From Laetmonice hystrix (taxonomy: Eukaryota), in the NCBI GenBank assembly GCA_965235115.1, contig OZ249436.1:31994001-32058000 (forward strand): a stretch of DNA of 64,000 bases, written 5' to 3'. The notes under the pieces were generated by a model. That model saw only the letters and a list, made by a program, of their open reading frames with translations, was not told where the DNA came from and made no database searches. The position numbers and the translations under genes are program-made. Shown piece by piece: positions 63,377-64,000 of the stretch (positions within the stretch are counted from its first letter, which is position 1; every line of letters begins with the position of its first letter).

Positions 63377-64000
63377 CTATCAGATAGTACGCCAGTCATC
63401 GCCATGCCGGGAAGGACACAGGTTGTTTGAAAAAATGCGGGGCGGTGTGGCAAATAGGTGGTGCGCGGCTAAAGGGACATATACGGTATATGGTCGTGTC
63501 TCACGAATTTGGCCAAATTTGCGTTACGTGTGGTCAGCCGAAAATTTCACAAAAGTACATCATCTGCTTTGTCACATTGGCCAGGGAAGTAATTCCTGTT
63601 AACAATCTTATATGAATGATGATGAAGATCAAATTAGAAGAAATTGAAGATCAAATCAGATGAAGATGAGATCAGATGAAGTAGTTTTTGTGATGTTTCC
63701 TGCTGACCACACATAACGCTAATTTGGCCAAATTCATGAGACTCGACCATATATGTAAATTTGAGGGACTATTATAAAAACGTTCCCACAAAAAGATTGT
63801 ATCAGTGTACATGTATAAGATTGATGTCCAGATCTTTACCGCAATGTACATTTTGATGGTGGCTCTTTTTACCTGTCTAAACATCAGTATTCACTAGAAT
63901 TTAGTAGAAATAATATAAGTATTAAAAAATCTTTTAACAAATATAGGATACTTATGTTCAGACAAAATATGTGTTAGACATCAAACGGTTTGTTGTAAGT

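Overview
This is animal genomic DNA, most likely from a protostome invertebrate; the protein and a SINE remnant suggest a spiralian/lophotrochozoan. The window holds the 5' part of a CaMKII gene on the minus strand. Coding exons 1-5 are at 60598-60662, 60074-60168, 58648-58707, 960-1014 and 554-619 (65/95/60/55/66 nt, all GT-AG, frame continuous). They encode [113 protein letters not shown](S). About 90% of the window is one 57.6-kb intron (1015-58647) carrying MITEs, a SINE remnant, minisatellites and triplet repeats. The main finding is a candidate recursive-splicing (ratchet-point) system in that intron. Two sense-strand sites, at 32071/32070 and 17553/17552, read branch point, long pyrimidine tract, then TTTCAG|GTGAGTRACGT. 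Each is followed 37-76 nt downstream by a second 5' splice site, and each would place an in-frame stop right after exon 3 if the cryptic exon were retained. A weaker third site (43578 or 47866) would divide the intron into four roughly 11-17 kb pieces. Nearly all listed six-frame ORFs appear to be non-coding artefacts.
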